Assembly: GCA_013265495.1 (NCBI GenBank)
Contig: MU058153.1
Span: 1,118,001-1,182,000, forward strand
Direction of reading: 5' to 3'
From: Vicugna vicugna
Lineage: Eukaryota
DNA: 64,000 nucleotides
In this document: positions 63,243 to 64,000 of the stretch, piece after piece
How the letters are laid out: every line of letters begins with the position of its first letter
Position numbering within the stretch: position 1 is the stretch's first letter
Program-made: the position numbers and the translations under genes
The notes under the pieces: generated by a model
The model's input: only the letters and a program-made list of their open reading frames with translations
What the model was told of the DNA's origin: nothing
Databases searched by the model: none

Positions 63243-63689
63243 GAAATAAGCCAAAAAAAAAGAAATGGATTATGGCTTATTGAGTTGGGACTTTCAAATG
63301 TGTTCCTTGAAGATGTAGTATTTGAATTATACTTTGAAGACTACAACCTTAATGTATAAGGCGGATTTCACAGGAAAATAAACATAAGAGAAAGGATACC
63401 TGCATAAATAAGGGCAGAGAGGAATCGAAGTTCTGGGACCCATTCATGCAAATGACATTTCGGAGAGACTACCACATGCAGAGCAGTAGCCCGGGAGGGC
63501 TAGAGCATAGGACAAATCGTACGTCTTAACTGACTCTCAGCAGACAGACCGTTAACCCGTGTTCTTACTGCTGTTAAATGATGCTACATCATCTTTCTAG
63601 ACCAGTAACTGTATGTCGAACTTCATTATACAATCCTGGGACTGGAGAGCATTGTAAGAAGTCATGTAGCTTATCTCGGTTTATGGAAA

Positions 63690-63905
63690 AAGAATAGACT
63701 TCAATATCTGAAATGCCTGAAACCCATTTGGGCCACTTATCAGCCCTTGGCCCAAATCACTTAACCTTGCTAAATCCAAGTGTCCATAGCTATAAAATGG
63801 AGCAATTGTAATTACATCAAACTGCAGTTGGAAGGATTAAAGGAGATAACATTAGTGAAAACCCATAGTTCAAAGCCTGGTATTTAATAGACATTCAATA
63901 AGCTT
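63690..63905 (+). mobile_element. MIR SINE
   Basis: ccttggcccaaatcacttaacctt...ctataaaatggag...gcctggtatttaatagacattcaata. Confidence 0.8.
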
Positions 63906-64000
63906 GCCTCTCTTGCCTTCCTTGTCTTCCCTACTTCTTTGCTTCTCTTTTTCCTCCAAATCCACTTAGAAATTCTCTTACGTCATTACCAAAAAAAAAA

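Noticed and set aside
1..64000. ORF-track entries (60-164 aa) as protein-coding genes
   Set aside because: They are short, many start at non-ATG codons, many overlap repeats or low-complexity DNA, and none has a domain I recognise apart from L1 ORF2 remnants
1..64000. CRISPR array, operon, phage or other prokaryotic-type system
   Set aside because: No regularly spaced repeat-spacer array and no dense long ORFs; the sequence is mammalian throughout with no visible foreign insert

Overview
Mammalian nuclear DNA, most likely from a camelid (alpaca, vicuna or camel). The taxon call rests on four copies of a tRNA-Ala(AGC)-derived SINE matching Vic-1; I saw no Alu, Bov-tA/BovB, PRE1, ERE or SINEC. 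The window is AT-rich and repeat-rich (L1, L2, MIR, MaLR/ERV solo LTRs, hAT and Tigger DNA transposons). It has no recognisable protein-coding gene. The only ORF-track peptides I recognise are broken L1 ORF2 C-terminal fragments. The best reading is the 5' end plus a long intron of an unidentified + strand gene: a candidate non-coding exon at 1928-2064, a motif-dense promoter or first exon ending at a donor after 2546, and all five LTRs lying antisense. I found no demonstrably new biological system. The leads most worth testing are a recursive-splice-like AG|GTGAGT site at 51741, a possible MLT1F-initiated antisense transcript with candidate exons at 40907-40839 and 16260-16130, several candidate enhancers, and some unusual retrotransposition products. 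Repeat family names come from my recollection of consensus sequences, not a RepeatMasker run. Boundaries of old repeats are approximate to within tens of bp.
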